Part shown: positions 9,557-18,656 of the stretch, one piece after another
Numbering within the stretch: the first letter of the stretch is position 1
Layout: each line of letters begins with the position of its first letter
Source: Candidatus Parcubacteria bacterium
GTDB taxonomy: Bacteria; Patescibacteriota; Minisyncoccia; Phycocordibacterales; Zambryskibacteraceae
Assembly (NCBI GenBank): GCA_019661865.1
Contig: JAIFWJ010000003.1
Span: forward strand, 15,441 to 79,440
Direction of reading: 5' to 3'
DNA length: 64,000 nt
Translations under genes and position numbers: made by a program
Notes under the pieces: model-generated
Told to the model about the DNA's origin: nothing
Databases searched by the model: none
What the model saw: the letters and a program-made list of their open reading frames with translations, nothing else

Positions 9557-10405
9557 ATGAAAAAATTAATCGAAGTTATAAATGATGCACGAGAGAGAGG
9601 AGTGGCAGTAGGACACTTTAATGTATCAGATTCAGAAGGATACAACGCGGTTACGGCTGCGGCAAAGGAGCTTGGGGTGCCGGTTATTGTGGGGGTCTCA
9701 GAGAAGGAGAGGACATTTCTCGGAGTGGCAGAGATCAGAGCTCTTGTGACTGTGGCTCAAGAGAGAGGGGATGCAGTTTATCTCAATGCAGATCATACAT
9801 ACTCTGTAGAGGCCTCTAAGGAAGCAGTAGATAATAAATATGATGCAGTAATCATAGATGGGGCCGAGAAGCCCTTTGTGGAGAATGTGATGATGACGAA
9901 GCAGGTGGTCGAATATGCACGAGAGCACCATCCGGGCATGCTTGTGGAGGGTGAACTTGGGTTTATCGGTACTGGTTCTACTATACGCGACGAGATCCCA
10001 GAAGGAGTATCAGAAGAGACTCAGACTAAGCCAGAGGATGCTGTCAGGTTTATAGAAGAAACTGGAGTAGATCTCTTCGCTCCATCCGTAGGTAACATAC
10101 ATGGTCTTATAAAGAGTGGAGAACCGAAATTAAATATTGAAAGAGTTAAAGCAATTGCAGATGCTGTCTCAGTGCCACTAGTTCTTCACGGTGCGTCAGG
10201 GAATACCGACAAGGAAGTAGGAGAGGCCATTGATGCTGGCATTGCTGTGGTCCACATAAACACAGAACTCCGAGCTGCTTATAAAGCAGGTATAGAGAAG
10301 GGAATGTCTAGTGACGAGCTTGCACCATATAAGTTTCTCGCAGAAGGAGTAAAAGAGATGAAAGAACTCGTACTGAAAAAACTCAAGGTCTTTAATAAGA
10401 TGTAA
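9557..10405 (+). CDS. fba: class II fructose/tagatose-bisphosphate aldolase
   Basis: VAVGHFNVSD, DHTYS, class II ketose-bisphosphate aldolase layout, 282 aa. Confidence 0.8.
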   Translation: MKKLIEVINDARERGVAVGHFNVSDSEGYNAVTAAAKELGVPVIVGVSEKERTFLGVAEIRALVTVAQERGDAVYLNADHTYSVEASKEAVDNKYDAVIIDGAEKPFVENVMMTKQVVEYAREHHPGMLVEGELGFIGTGSTIRDEIPEGVSEETQTKPEDAVRFIEETGVDLFAPSVGNIHGLIKSGEPKLNIERVKAIADAVSVPLVLHGASGNTDKEVGEAIDAGIAVVHINTELRAAYKAGIEKGMSSDELAPYKFLAEGVKEMKELVLKKLKVFNKM

Positions 10406-12054
10406 TGAATTTAAAGGAAGAAGTAAAACCTTTTTTTAAAGGAGAAGTACTGGACGATGAGGAGACGCTCAAGAGGTACTCTCACGATGCGTCGCTCTTC
10501 GAGGTGAGGCCCAAGCTCGTAGTTTATCCAGAGAACTCAGAAGATTTAAAGAGTCTTGTGAAGTGGGTGAGTGAGAATAAGGATAAAGATAACTCCCTCT
10601 CTGTTACTATCCGTGCAGCCGGATCCTGTATGTCTGGTGGTTCTCTCAATGAGTCCATCATCGCCGATGTCATGCCGCACATGAATCACTTCGGAGATGT
10701 AGGAGAGGTTACAGAAGTCGAGCCGGGAGTTTTCTATAGAGACTTCGAACCCAAGACTCTGGAGAAAAATCTTATACTCCCCTGCTACACAGCTTCTAAA
10801 AATTTAAATGCACTTGGTGGCATGATCGGTAACAACTCCGCTGGAGAGAAGACTCTCAAGTGGGGCAAGATGGAAAACTTCGTCCTAGAGTCTAATGTAG
10901 TCTTTAGTGATGGAAATGAATATACAGTAAAGCCTCTCAACAGAGCTGAGCTCGAGGATAAGATAAATCAAAATAATTTCGAAGGTAATGTATATAGGAG
11001 CCTATTTACTCTTATACAAGACAACAAGGATCTATTGGAAAAAGCCAAGCCTCATGTATCAAAGAATTCTGCGGGATATACTCTCTGGAATGTTTGGAAT
11101 GGAGAAAAGTTCGATCTCAATAAACTTCTCGTAGGTTCTCAAGGCACTTTAGGATTAATAACGAAAGCTAAGGTGAAGTTAGTTCCAGTAGAGCCAGTAT
11201 CAAAGCTCTTTGTAATCTTCATGCCGAGCCTTACTCAATTGGCTGATCTTATAAATGAGGTTTTGCCCACAAATCCAGAAAGCGTCGAGACTTATGATGA
11301 TGCCACGCTTAAACTTGCCTTCAAGTTTTTCCCCGAGATGATGAGGACAATGAAGACAAAGAATTTTTTACATCTCTTACTCTCATTCATCCCCGAAAGC
11401 TTCATGATGGTGCGAGAGAGAGGTCTTCCTAAGCTCGTAGTACTTGTGGAATATACCGGCAAGTCATTACAAGATGTAGATCAGAAGATGAAAAACTTAG
11501 AAGAGAAAATTAAGCATTTCGGACTGGTGATGCGAGCTACAGAAACTCAAGAAGAAGCAGATAAATACTGGACTATAAGACGTGAGAGCTTTAACTTACT
11601 CCGTAAACACATTCATGGATCACGCACAGCACCGTTTGTGGACGACGTAGTAGTAGAGCCTAAGTATATGCCAGAGTTTCTTCCTAAGATGCGGGAGATC
11701 TTGGACAAATACAAACTGGTCTACACCATAGCCGGCCATGCAGGTAATGGTAACTTCCATGTGATCCCACTTATGGATATGCATCATAAAGAGAATATTG
11801 ATGTTATAAAGAAAGTCGGTGAAGAAATTTATGATCTAGTAGGGCAGTATCATGGATCTATAACGGGTGAGCACAATGACGGCATAGTCCGGACTCCGTA
11901 TCTTGGCAAAATGTATTCCCAAGAAGTCTTGGAACTTTTCAAAAGAACTAAAGACATTTTCGATCCGAAAAACATATTTAATCCAGGTAAGAAAGTTAAC
12001 GGATCTATAGACTACATGTGCTCACATATAGCTATTGAAACAGAGGTAAAATAA
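10405..12054 (+). CDS. FAD-linked oxidase (GlcD / D-lactate dehydrogenase-like FAD-binding PCMH domain protein)
   Basis: FAD-binding domain signature GSCMSGGS and C-terminal oxidase domain; 549 aa. Confidence 0.65.
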   Translation: MNLKEEVKPFFKGEVLDDEETLKRYSHDASLFEVRPKLVVYPENSEDLKSLVKWVSENKDKDNSLSVTIRAAGSCMSGGSLNESIIADVMPHMNHFGDVGEVTEVEPGVFYRDFEPKTLEKNLILPCYTASKNLNALGGMIGNNSAGEKTLKWGKMENFVLESNVVFSDGNEYTVKPLNRAELEDKINQNNFEGNVYRSLFTLIQDNKDLLEKAKPHVSKNSAGYTLWNVWNGEKFDLNKLLVGSQGTLGLITKAKVKLVPVEPVSKLFVIFMPSLTQLADLINEVLPTNPESVETYDDATLKLAFKFFPEMMRTMKTKNFLHLLLSFIPESFMMVRERGLPKLVVLVEYTGKSLQDVDQKMKNLEEKIKHFGLVMRATETQEEADKYWTIRRESFNLLRKHIHGSRTAPFVDDVVVEPKYMPEFLPKMREILDKYKLVYTIAGHAGNGNFHVIPLMDMHHKENIDVIKKVGEEIYDLVGQYHGSITGEHNDGIVRTPYLGKMYSQEVLELFKRTKDIFDPKNIFNPGKKVNGSIDYMCSHIAIETEVK

Positions 12055-12077
12055 GCTAAATAAAATGCCGCTATAGT
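12055..12077. terminator. hairpin ATGCCGCT-ATAGTT-AAGCGGCAT between convergent genes; U-tract lies on the minus-strand side
   Basis: perfect 8-bp stem; revcomp downstream is TTTATTTAGC, so oriented mainly for the minus-strand small gene. Confidence 0.5.
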
Positions 12078-12259
12078 TAAGCGGCATGCTCGAGTCGTTT
12101 GAGCATGGTCAGACGGTATTTAATGTCGTCGATAATGCTTTGAAACTTCCTGCGGACAGGAGCGCCTCGTTTGTTGTTTTTAAGGCGCTCCTCATAATCC
12201 TTAAGTTCGGCTTCAAGTTGTTCTCTTACGGTTGGGGCTCTGTCCGGGTCCTTTTTCAT
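12077..12259 (-). CDS. hypothetical 60-aa charged/coiled-coil small protein
   Basis: ORF ends inside terminator hairpin with minus-strand U-tract, which supports this strand over the overlapping + strand ORF 12086..12343. Confidence 0.35.
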   Translation of the reverse strand: MKKDPDRAPTVREQLEAELKDYEERLKNNKRGAPVRRKFQSIIDDIKYRLTMLKRLEHAA

Positions 12260-12364
12260 ACGCCCTCCGAAGATATGGTCTTTCCATATATTTCCATAAT
12301 CTCACCTCACGTCAATATGTGGATAGCCAGATATAGGGCTTAAACACGGTTATGGGTCGGAACC

Positions 12365-12392
12365 TTGATTTCGGCGCTTTTTTCAGTAAAAT
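12365..12392 (+). promoter_or_regulatory. sigma70-like promoter TTGATT-N16-TAAAAT positioned 6 nt upstream of rplY ATG (leaderless/very short leader)
   Basis: hexamers read from sequence. Confidence 0.35.
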
Positions 12393-12398
12393 GGCAAC

Positions 12399-13049
12399 AT
12401 GCTTACCTTAAAGGCAGAACTGCGAGACAGGACACAAAAACCAGAAGGATTAAGAAAAGCGGGAAAGATCCCCGCCGTCTTTTACGGTAAGAAGACCCAA
12501 GCCACCTCTATATCTATCTCAGAAACAGAGTTCGAGAAGGTCTGGAAGAAGGCTGGTGAGTCTACAGTGGTAGAAATTAAGACCCCAGAGAGCTCTTTAG
12601 AGAGTCTTATCCACGAGGTAGACTTCGACCCCATCTCGGGTAAGCCGAGACACGCGGACTTCTATGTCTTCGAGAAGGGTCACAAGGTGTCTGTCGAAGT
12701 TCCAATCGAATTCGAAGGTGTCTCCTCTGCGGTTAAGGATCTGGGAGGCACTCTCGTGAAGGTCATGCATGCCCTTAAGGTCGAGGCCATGCCAAAGGAT
12801 CTTCCTTATAACATAGTCATTGATATTTCCCCACTGGTCAGTTTTGAAAGTCAGATTCTTGCTAAGGATATTAAAATTCCAGAAGGCGTCACTCTTCTTG
12901 AAAAGCCTGAGGAAGTAGTAGCTCTAGTCTCTGCTCCTCGTGAGGAGAAGGAAGAAGAGTCAGCACCAATAGACCTTACGGCTATTGAAGTAGAGAAGAA
13001 GGGTAAGGAAGAGACTGAAGAAGCTCCAGTAACTGAGGTAGCAGCCTAA
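12399..13049 (+). CDS. rplY: 50S ribosomal protein L25 / general stress protein Ctc form, with acidic C-terminal tail
   Basis: N-terminus LKAELRDRTQKPEGLRKAGKIPAVFYGKK typical of L25/Ctc. Confidence 0.8.
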   Translation: MLTLKAELRDRTQKPEGLRKAGKIPAVFYGKKTQATSISISETEFEKVWKKAGESTVVEIKTPESSLESLIHEVDFDPISGKPRHADFYVFEKGHKVSVEVPIEFEGVSSAVKDLGGTLVKVMHALKVEAMPKDLPYNIVIDISPLVSFESQILAKDIKIPEGVTLLEKPEEVVALVSAPREEKEEESAPIDLTAIEVEKKGKEETEEAPVTEVAA

Positions 13050-13066
13050 AGCCTAATCTCAGGCTT

Positions 13067-14473
13067 TTGTTTATGCGTTCTATCAAATTCCACGCGTTTT
13101 TAAATATATTTCTCTCTCTTACTTTAGTAATTGGCATATTGCCTAGTCTTACTTTTGCTCAGGACGGAGGAGCTTGTTCAGAAGAAACTACCGGTAAGTC
13201 GCAGGCCCAACTCCAAGCCGACCTTGACGCATGTACTAAGGAGATACAGCAGTGGACAGATATTTTAAATAATACTAAGAGTACTAGTGCATCATACGAG
13301 CGCGACATTGCAGCTCTTACAGCAAAGATTAATGCCGCTCAAGCCTCTATTAAAGCCAAGAACATTGCCATAGCCAATCTCTCCAAGAATATTACTGCGA
13401 AGACTAAAGCTATAGATGATTTAAATACTCGTTTAGAGAAAGGCAAGGAGACTCTAAGTGCGCTCTTAAGAAAGACTGGCCAGATAGATTCATTCACTAT
13501 TGCAGAAGCAATGCTTAGTAATAAGGATCTTTCAGAATTTTTCGTTGATGTAGATACTTATTCAGTTACTGAGAGATCCCTTAATGATGTTTTCGATGAG
13601 ATCCGTGGCATAAAGGCCCAAACAGAAGAAGAGAAGGCGAACTTAGACAAACAGCGAGCTGCAGAAGCAGATGCTAAAGCTGCTATAGAAGCTGCCAAGG
13701 CTGAAGTAGAGAAGAGTAAAGCAGAGAAGAATAGCTTACTGGCAGACAGTAAAAGCAAGGAGAAGACTTATGCTTCGGTACTTGCAGAGAGACAAGCCAA
13801 AGCTGCTCAGATCCGCTCAATACTATTTAATCTCCGTGACTCTGCTGCTATACCATTTGGCACTGCTCTCCAATACGCCCAAGCTGCAAGTGCAGCCACA
13901 GGTGTAAGACCTGCTTTCTTGCTCGCCATCCTTACTCAAGAGTCTAATCTTGGAGCGAATGTGGGTACATGTTATCTTACCAACACTCTTACTGGAGACG
14001 GTATAAGTGTAAATGGTGGAACTCCTAAACCCCGTGTGATGAGTCCGACTCGTGATGTGCCAGTCTTCTTAGACATATTACAAAATGTGGGAGGAGAGGT
14101 TTCTAACACTCGTGTCTCTTGTTGGCAGCCTATATATAGCTCAAGCGGAGCACCGATAGGATGGGGAGGCGCTATGGGCCCTGCACAATTTATACCTTCT
14201 ACTTGGAAGCTCTTTACCTCTCGCATAGCCACAATGACTGGTAACTCTTATCCTAACCCTTGGAATGCTAGAGATGCCTTCTTCGCCTCTGCTATCTACC
14301 TGGGAGACTTAGGAGCAAGTTCTGGTACTGCTACAGCAGAGAAGAATGCAGCGTGCAGGTATTACTCCGGTTCTACCTGTAAAACTTCGTATGCGAACTC
14401 CTACGGCAACTCTGTCCTAGCCAAGGCTACTACCATCCAGACCACCATGATCGACCCGTTGCAAGGACTCTAA
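13067..14473 (+). CDS. secreted coiled-coil protein with C-terminal lytic transglycosylase (SLT/GH23-like) domain
   Basis: signal peptide; long Ala/Lys/Glu coiled-coil; C-terminal LAILTQESNLG (catalytic Glu) and GAMGPAQFIPSTW motifs. Confidence 0.5.
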   Translation: MFMRSIKFHAFLNIFLSLTLVIGILPSLTFAQDGGACSEETTGKSQAQLQADLDACTKEIQQWTDILNNTKSTSASYERDIAALTAKINAAQASIKAKNIAIANLSKNITAKTKAIDDLNTRLEKGKETLSALLRKTGQIDSFTIAEAMLSNKDLSEFFVDVDTYSVTERSLNDVFDEIRGIKAQTEEEKANLDKQRAAEADAKAAIEAAKAEVEKSKAEKNSLLADSKSKEKTYASVLAERQAKAAQIRSILFNLRDSAAIPFGTALQYAQAASAATGVRPAFLLAILTQESNLGANVGTCYLTNTLTGDGISVNGGTPKPRVMSPTRDVPVFLDILQNVGGEVSNTRVSCWQPIYSSSGAPIGWGGAMGPAQFIPSTWKLFTSRIATMTGNSYPNPWNARDAFFASAIYLGDLGASSGTATAEKNAACRYYSGSTCKTSYANSYGNSVLAKATTIQTTMIDPLQGL

Positions 14474-14485
14474 AAGACTGGTATA

Positions 14486-14773
14486 TTGGCCGAGATGAAA
14501 AAAGATATACATCACAAGGAGTACCGACCAGTTCTCTTTATCGATAACTCTAACGGCGTTGAATATGTCATACCTTCTGCTGTCTCTACAAAGGAGAAGG
14601 GAACTCCCAAGTCAGGTGAGTGGAAGGGCAAGGAGCTTCCTGTATACCACGTGGAAATCTCTTCAAGTTCACATCCTTTTTATACTGGCCAGGAGAAGGT
14701 TCTCGACACTGCGGGTCGTGTGGAACGCTTCAAGCAGAAGCAGGCAAAAGCTAAAAGTAAAACAAAAAAGTAA
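14486..14773 (+). CDS. rpmE: 50S ribosomal protein L31
   Basis: [20 protein letters not shown] signature; 95 aa. Confidence 0.85.
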   Translation: MAEMKKDIHHKEYRPVLFIDNSNGVEYVIPSAVSTKEKGTPKSGEWKGKELPVYHVEISSSSHPFYTGQEKVLDTAGRVERFKQKQAKAKSKTKK

Positions 14774-14782
14774 GTTTCTTTA

Positions 14783-14812
14783 ACCTCGAGGTACAATATA
14801 CTCGAGGTTTTT
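14783..14812 (+). terminator. rho-independent terminator ACCTCGAG-GTACAATATA-CTCGAGGT + TTTTT
   Basis: 8-bp perfect stem and U-tract directly after rpmE. Confidence 0.8.
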
Positions 14813-14830
14813 CCTATGGATTCCTATGGA
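14811..14830. repeat. exact tandem duplication TTCCTATGGA x2 spanning the prfA start codon
   Basis: seen directly; creates two ATGs 10 nt apart (out of frame). Confidence 0.7.
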
Positions 14831-15800
14831 TATAGACATAAAAAAGTACAAAGATAACCCTAAAACTCTCTACCTAGCAGAGTCTTTCGAGCGTCTTATT
14901 AAAGAAGAGGAAGATCTTAAGAAGATGGCCTCAGATGAAAGTATGGCGGAACTAGCTTCAGATGATCTGAAAAATATTTCTATACAGAAAGAAGAACTTT
15001 TAAACCAGATGAGAGAGATCCTAACCGAGGAGGAGAAGGAGGATGAATTCCCTAATGAAATCATTTTAGAAGTAAGAGCTGGTGCCGGTGGAGAAGAAGC
15101 ATCCCTTTTCGCCCATGAACTGGCAGAAATGTATATTAATTATGCTGGGTTTCAAGGTTGGGGAGTGAAGAAGGTTAATGAATCTTTTTCTGCACTTGGT
15201 GGATACAAAGAAGCATCTTTCGAAATACGCGGCGTAAATGTTTATAAGAAGTTAAGATTTGAAACTGGGGTGCATAGGATCCAGAGAGTGCCCGATACAG
15301 AGAAGTCCGGGAGGGTTCATACATCCACCGCGTCTGTCGCCATCCTACCGGTGCGTAAGAAGACTACCATCGAGATCAAGCCGACCGATCTCGAGATTGA
15401 AACTTCAAGGTCAGGTGGAGCGGGTGGCCAGAATGTGAATAAGGTTGAGACTGCCGTGCGCATTATACATAAGCCGAGTGGTATAGACGTACGATCGACA
15501 GCAGAAAGAAGTCAGTTGAAGAACAGAGAGAAGGCCATGAGTATTCTCATTGCGAAACTAGAACAGAAGAAGGAGGAAGAAGAAGCTGCTAAGTACTCTG
15601 CCGACAGAAAGAACCAAATAGGTACAGCCGACCGCTCAGAAAAAATCCGTACATATAATATTCTCCAGGACCGTATAACTGACCACCGTGTGAAGGAGTC
15701 CTGGCACAACATTGGCAAAATCTTCCAAGGGTATATGGACCCAATAATTGAGACTTTAGAGAACGCTAAGGAATTTGGCTCCGGTAAGGATGAGGAATAA
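14826..15800 (+). CDS. prfA: peptide chain release factor 1 (shortened N-terminus)
   Basis: GGQNVNK motif; RF1-type tripeptide region RVPDTE (PxT; Asp instead of usual Ala/Val/Ser); 324 aa. Confidence 0.8.
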   Translation: MDIDIKKYKDNPKTLYLAESFERLIKEEEDLKKMASDESMAELASDDLKNISIQKEELLNQMREILTEEEKEDEFPNEIILEVRAGAGGEEASLFAHELAEMYINYAGFQGWGVKKVNESFSALGGYKEASFEIRGVNVYKKLRFETGVHRIQRVPDTEKSGRVHTSTASVAILPVRKKTTIEIKPTDLEIETSRSGGAGGQNVNKVETAVRIIHKPSGIDVRSTAERSQLKNREKAMSILIAKLEQKKEEEEAAKYSADRKNQIGTADRSEKIRTYNILQDRITDHRVKESWHNIGKIFQGYMDPIIETLENAKEFGSGKDEE

Positions 15801-15856
15801 TATTGCCAATTTGAGCCACTTTTGGTAGGATATCGAAGCACTAAATTAATGAAATA

Positions 15857-16573
15857 ATGGCAAATAAGACTACAAATACCAGTAACTCTGGATTGATTGA
15901 TGAGCTCTTCCAAGCGGGAGCTCATTTCGGCTTTGTGAAGTCGCGTCGTCACCCTTCTGCAAGGAACTTCATATTCGGATCTAAGAATAATGTCGAGATT
16001 TTCGATTTGGAGAAGACCGAAGCAGAGCTTAAGAAAGCGGTTGAGTTTATGGAAGTAAAGGGTAAGGAGGGCGCCATGGTCCTCTTCGTAGGTGGTAAGT
16101 CTGAAGCTCGTGAGGCCGTCAGGAAGGCGGGAGGTACGCTCAATATGCCATTCGTCGCTGGTCGCTGGATTGGTGGAACTCTAACTAACTTCGGTGAGAT
16201 AAAGAAGCGCATTGCTAAGCTCGAAGAACTTACAACTCAGCGCGAAAAAGGTGAACTCGGTAAGTACACTAAGAAAGAAAGACTCCTTATAGATCGTGAG
16301 ATTGGAAAGCTCGAACTCTTCTTCCGCGGACTTTCAACATTGAAGTCTCTCCCCAAGGCACTTGTGGTAGTGGATCCAAAGAAAGAACACATCGCTGTAG
16401 ATGAAGCTAAGAGACTTCATATCCCTGTGGTGGGTATAACAGGAAGTGATAATAATCTTTATGAAGTTAATTTAGCCATTCCCGCCAATGACGCTTCTCA
16501 GAAAAGTGTCTCACTCATAATCGAGAAGCTTGTTTTAGGTTACACCAAGGGAGTAGAGAGTAAGCAAGCTTAA
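15857..16573 (+). CDS. rpsB: 30S ribosomal protein S2
   Basis: GAHFGF...RRHP N-terminal signature, 238 aa. Confidence 0.9.
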   Translation: MANKTTNTSNSGLIDELFQAGAHFGFVKSRRHPSARNFIFGSKNNVEIFDLEKTEAELKKAVEFMEVKGKEGAMVLFVGGKSEAREAVRKAGGTLNMPFVAGRWIGGTLTNFGEIKKRIAKLEELTTQREKGELGKYTKKERLLIDREIGKLELFFRGLSTLKSLPKALVVVDPKKEHIAVDEAKRLHIPVVGITGSDNNLYEVNLAIPANDASQKSVSLIIEKLVLGYTKGVESKQA

Positions 16574-16590
16574 TCTGATATTATAAGGTA

Positions 16591-17049
16591 ATGGAAATTT
16601 CCACAGCAGAGATAAAAGCTCTTCGCGACGAAACAGGACTCTCCATTTCTGATATTCGTAATGCTTTAAGCGAGGCTAAGGGTGATAAAGGGGAAGCTCT
16701 CAAGATACTTCAGAAGCGCTCTGTCCTGGTTGCACAGAAGAAAGGTGAGAGAAACTTGGGTGCAGGAAGTGTGGCCTCCTATATACACGGAGGTGGAACT
16801 TCAGGTGTCTTAATCTATCTTGCCTGTGAGACTGACTTCGTCTCGAAGAATGAAGAGTTCAAGACTCTCGCTCGTGACATAGCCATGCACATTGCAGCTA
16901 TGAAGCCTGAGAATGCAGAGGAGCTTTTAGCGCAGCCTTTCATCAAGGATCCTTCTAAGACTATAGGAGATCTTGTGAATGGTGCGGTACAGAAGTTTGG
17001 AGAACGTACAGAAGTAGTAAGCTTCACTCGCTACTCAGTAGCGGATTAA
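16591..17049 (+). CDS. tsf: elongation factor Ts (short form)
   Basis: ISTAEIKALRDETGLSISDIRNAL UBA-like N-terminus; directly follows rpsB. Confidence 0.85.
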   Translation: MEISTAEIKALRDETGLSISDIRNALSEAKGDKGEALKILQKRSVLVAQKKGERNLGAGSVASYIHGGGTSGVLIYLACETDFVSKNEEFKTLARDIAMHIAAMKPENAEELLAQPFIKDPSKTIGDLVNGAVQKFGERTEVVSFTRYSVAD

Positions 17050-17059
17050 CCTTGTCCTT

Positions 17060-17485
17060 ATGGTCTTTCAAATTTTATTTGTTATCTCAGGAGCAGTTAT
17101 AATACTCCTCATATCTGCCAAGGTATTCGAAATTAAGAAGAGAAAAAGTCTTCTCTTCTTGCGTCTTATATCACATGGAGACGAGCATTTGAGAGAGCTC
17201 TCTCATCAAGCAGCCCGCGAGTACTCTGAGTTCAAGGAAGATGCTGAATTCTTCATAAGTAAGCAGTTACCTCTCCATTCTAAGAATACTTATAATAAAC
17301 TTGTGTCTTTCCTCCAAGATAAAACACATAAGTACATGGGAGATATAAGAGGTTCGAAATATTTCCCCCAGAAGAGTGAGGGAATCTCTGAGTTCTTCCA
17401 GAGCCTTTCGGAGAAGGAATCTGGTAGGATAGATGACACTCTGGTAGATCCAGACGAGATAGACAGTGATACAGAATTAAAATAG
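17060..17485 (+). CDS. hypothetical protein with N-terminal TM helix
   Basis: 141-aa ORF; stop TAG overlaps GTG start of next gene by 1 nt. Confidence 0.35.
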   Translation: MVFQILFVISGAVIILLISAKVFEIKKRKSLLFLRLISHGDEHLRELSHQAAREYSEFKEDAEFFISKQLPLHSKNTYNKLVSFLQDKTHKYMGDIRGSKYFPQKSEGISEFFQSLSEKESGRIDDTLVDPDEIDSDTELK

Positions 17486-17745
17486 TGCCGCACGTATATA
17501 TTCTTAAAACCGATTCTGGAAAATTGTACATTGGAAGCACTTCTAATCTTGAGAGAAGAATTACTCACCACAGTGGTGGTCATACTCCCTCAACAAAGAG
17601 ATTGGGAGATCCAAAGTTGATTTTCAAACAGGAATACTCTACTCTAATCGAGGCAAGGGCAGTTGAAAGGAAATTGAAAAAGTTGAAGAGAAGGGACTAC
17701 ATAGAAAAAATTATTAAGGAAGGTAAAATTAGAGTTCAACCATAA
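17485..17745 (+). CDS. GIY-YIG nuclease-domain small protein (UPF0213/YhbQ-like)
   Basis: VYILKTDSGKLYIGSTSNLERRITHH = GIY-YIG motifs; 86 aa. Confidence 0.7.
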   Translation: MPHVYILKTDSGKLYIGSTSNLERRITHHSGGHTPSTKRLGDPKLIFKQEYSTLIEARAVERKLKKLKRRDYIEKIIKEGKIRVQP

Positions 17746-17747
17746 TT

Positions 17748-17820
17748 GCCGGGATAGCTCAGTTGGTAGAGCAACGGTTTTGTAAACCGTAGGTCGGAGG
17801 TTCGAACCCTCTTCCCGGCT
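17748..17820 (+). tRNA. tRNA-Thr (anticodon TGT), CCA not encoded
   Basis: cloverleaf: acceptor GCCGGGA/TCCCGGC, D-arm GCTC-AGTTGGTA-GAGC, anticodon arm ACGGT-TTTGTAA-ACCGT, T-arm GGAGG-TTCGAAC-CCTCT. Confidence 0.85.
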
Positions 17821-17835
17821 CAAGTTTTCTCTCAG

Positions 17836-17877
17836 CCCCGACGCGCTTACGGTCGGGGAGCCGACCTTGCGTCGGCT
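17836..17877 (+). repeat. two adjacent perfect hairpins sharing a CCGAC/GTCGG core (CCCCGAC-N9-GTCGGGG and AGCCGAC-CTTGC-GTCGGCT) between tRNA-Thr and a tRNA fragment
   Basis: inverted repeats read directly. Confidence 0.6.
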
Positions 17878-17878
17878 T

Positions 17879-17939
17879 TGGTAGAGCAACGGTTTTGTAA
17901 ACCGTAGGTCCTCGGTTCAAGCCCGAGAGGTGGCTCCAA
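17879..17939 (+). pseudogene. 3' tRNA fragment: 33 nt identical to D-stem/anticodon arm/variable loop of the adjacent tRNA-Thr, then a different T-arm (CTCGG-TTCAAGC-CCGAG), acceptor 3' strand and encoded CCA; no 5' acceptor or D-stem partner
   Basis: direct comparison of 17763-17795 with 17879-17911; no GCCACCT 5' strand upstream. Confidence 0.55.
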
Positions 17940-17942
17940 GAA

Positions 17943-18644
17943 TTAGTGCCTTGTAGAAGTCGAAGTAGGAGTAGAAGAAGCCGCTTTAGCCTTGTCGTCG
18001 AGGGCCTTAATGCGAGCTAGGGCAGGAACATTGGCTAGTAGCTCATCTACAGTCTTCTCTCCATAATACGGATCACCGTTTATAATAAGGGCTGGGAGCT
18101 TGTTATCTACTTTATATATTTTCTCCAGGGTCTTTATAGCCGGTACATCGTAGTTGTAGTCGAAAGAGTAGACCCGAAGAGACGGGTAACGAGTACGAAG
18201 TTCAGTAAGAACTGCGCCCATGTTTTCACACTCTGGGCAATCTTCACTGGCATAGAAGTAGAGAATGAATGTCGGTTTGTCACCGCACTTCTCTGTCACT
18301 CTCTTCATAAGAAGATAATCCTTAATCTCGAGCAGGAAGTAAGAGCGCTTGAGAGATTCTAGATCTGTGTCTGAGAAGTTCTGATTCTCCGCGTAAGAAA
18401 GTTTCTCTCCCAAGGGCCCTAACTCGCTTGAGAGAAAGCCTGAAGGACTAACGTTTTTACATGTGGTTTCTTCAAGCAAGGAGAATTGAGTTTCTGAAGA
18501 AAGGATGTCTAGGCTTACCCTATTTTCTACATCTTTAACCTCTTGAAGCTTCTTTTTACTTAAGTAATTACTGACGGTTAAGGCTGTGCCGAAGATAAGC
18601 ACAGTGATAACGAAAGCGGCTATGTATTTGCGAGAATCGGGCAT
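17943..18644 (-). CDS. membrane-anchored thioredoxin-fold protein with CPEC (CxxC) motif
   Basis: N-terminal TM helix, DCPECENM redox motif. Confidence 0.55.
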   Translation of the reverse strand: MPDSRKYIAAFVITVLIFGTALTVSNYLSKKKLQEVKDVENRVSLDILSSETQFSLLEETTCKNVSPSGFLSSELGPLGEKLSYAENQNFSDTDLESLKRSYFLLEIKDYLLMKRVTEKCGDKPTFILYFYASEDCPECENMGAVLTELRTRYPSLRVYSFDYNYDVPAIKTLEKIYKVDNKLPALIINGDPYYGEKTVDELLANVPALARIKALDDKAKAASSTPTSTSTRH

Positions 18645-18656
18645 TAGATATCGGAA

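Noticed and set aside
12086-12343. + strand 85-aa ORF
   Set aside because: Overlaps the minus-strand 60-aa ORF. The hairpin and U-tract orientation favours the minus-strand gene.
14826-15800. Release factor 2 with programmed frameshift
   Set aside because: The protein has an RF1-type PxT-like tripeptide region (RVPDTE) and no SPF motif or in-frame TGA near the N-terminus, so it was called prfA.
17644-17889. 81-aa minus-strand ORF
   Set aside because: Overlaps the tRNA-Thr gene and the hairpin region.
17879-17939. Second intact tRNA gene
   Set aside because: Only the anticodon arm, T-arm and 3' acceptor strand are present. No complementary 5' acceptor strand (GCCACCT) or D-stem partner exists upstream, so it was called a fragment.
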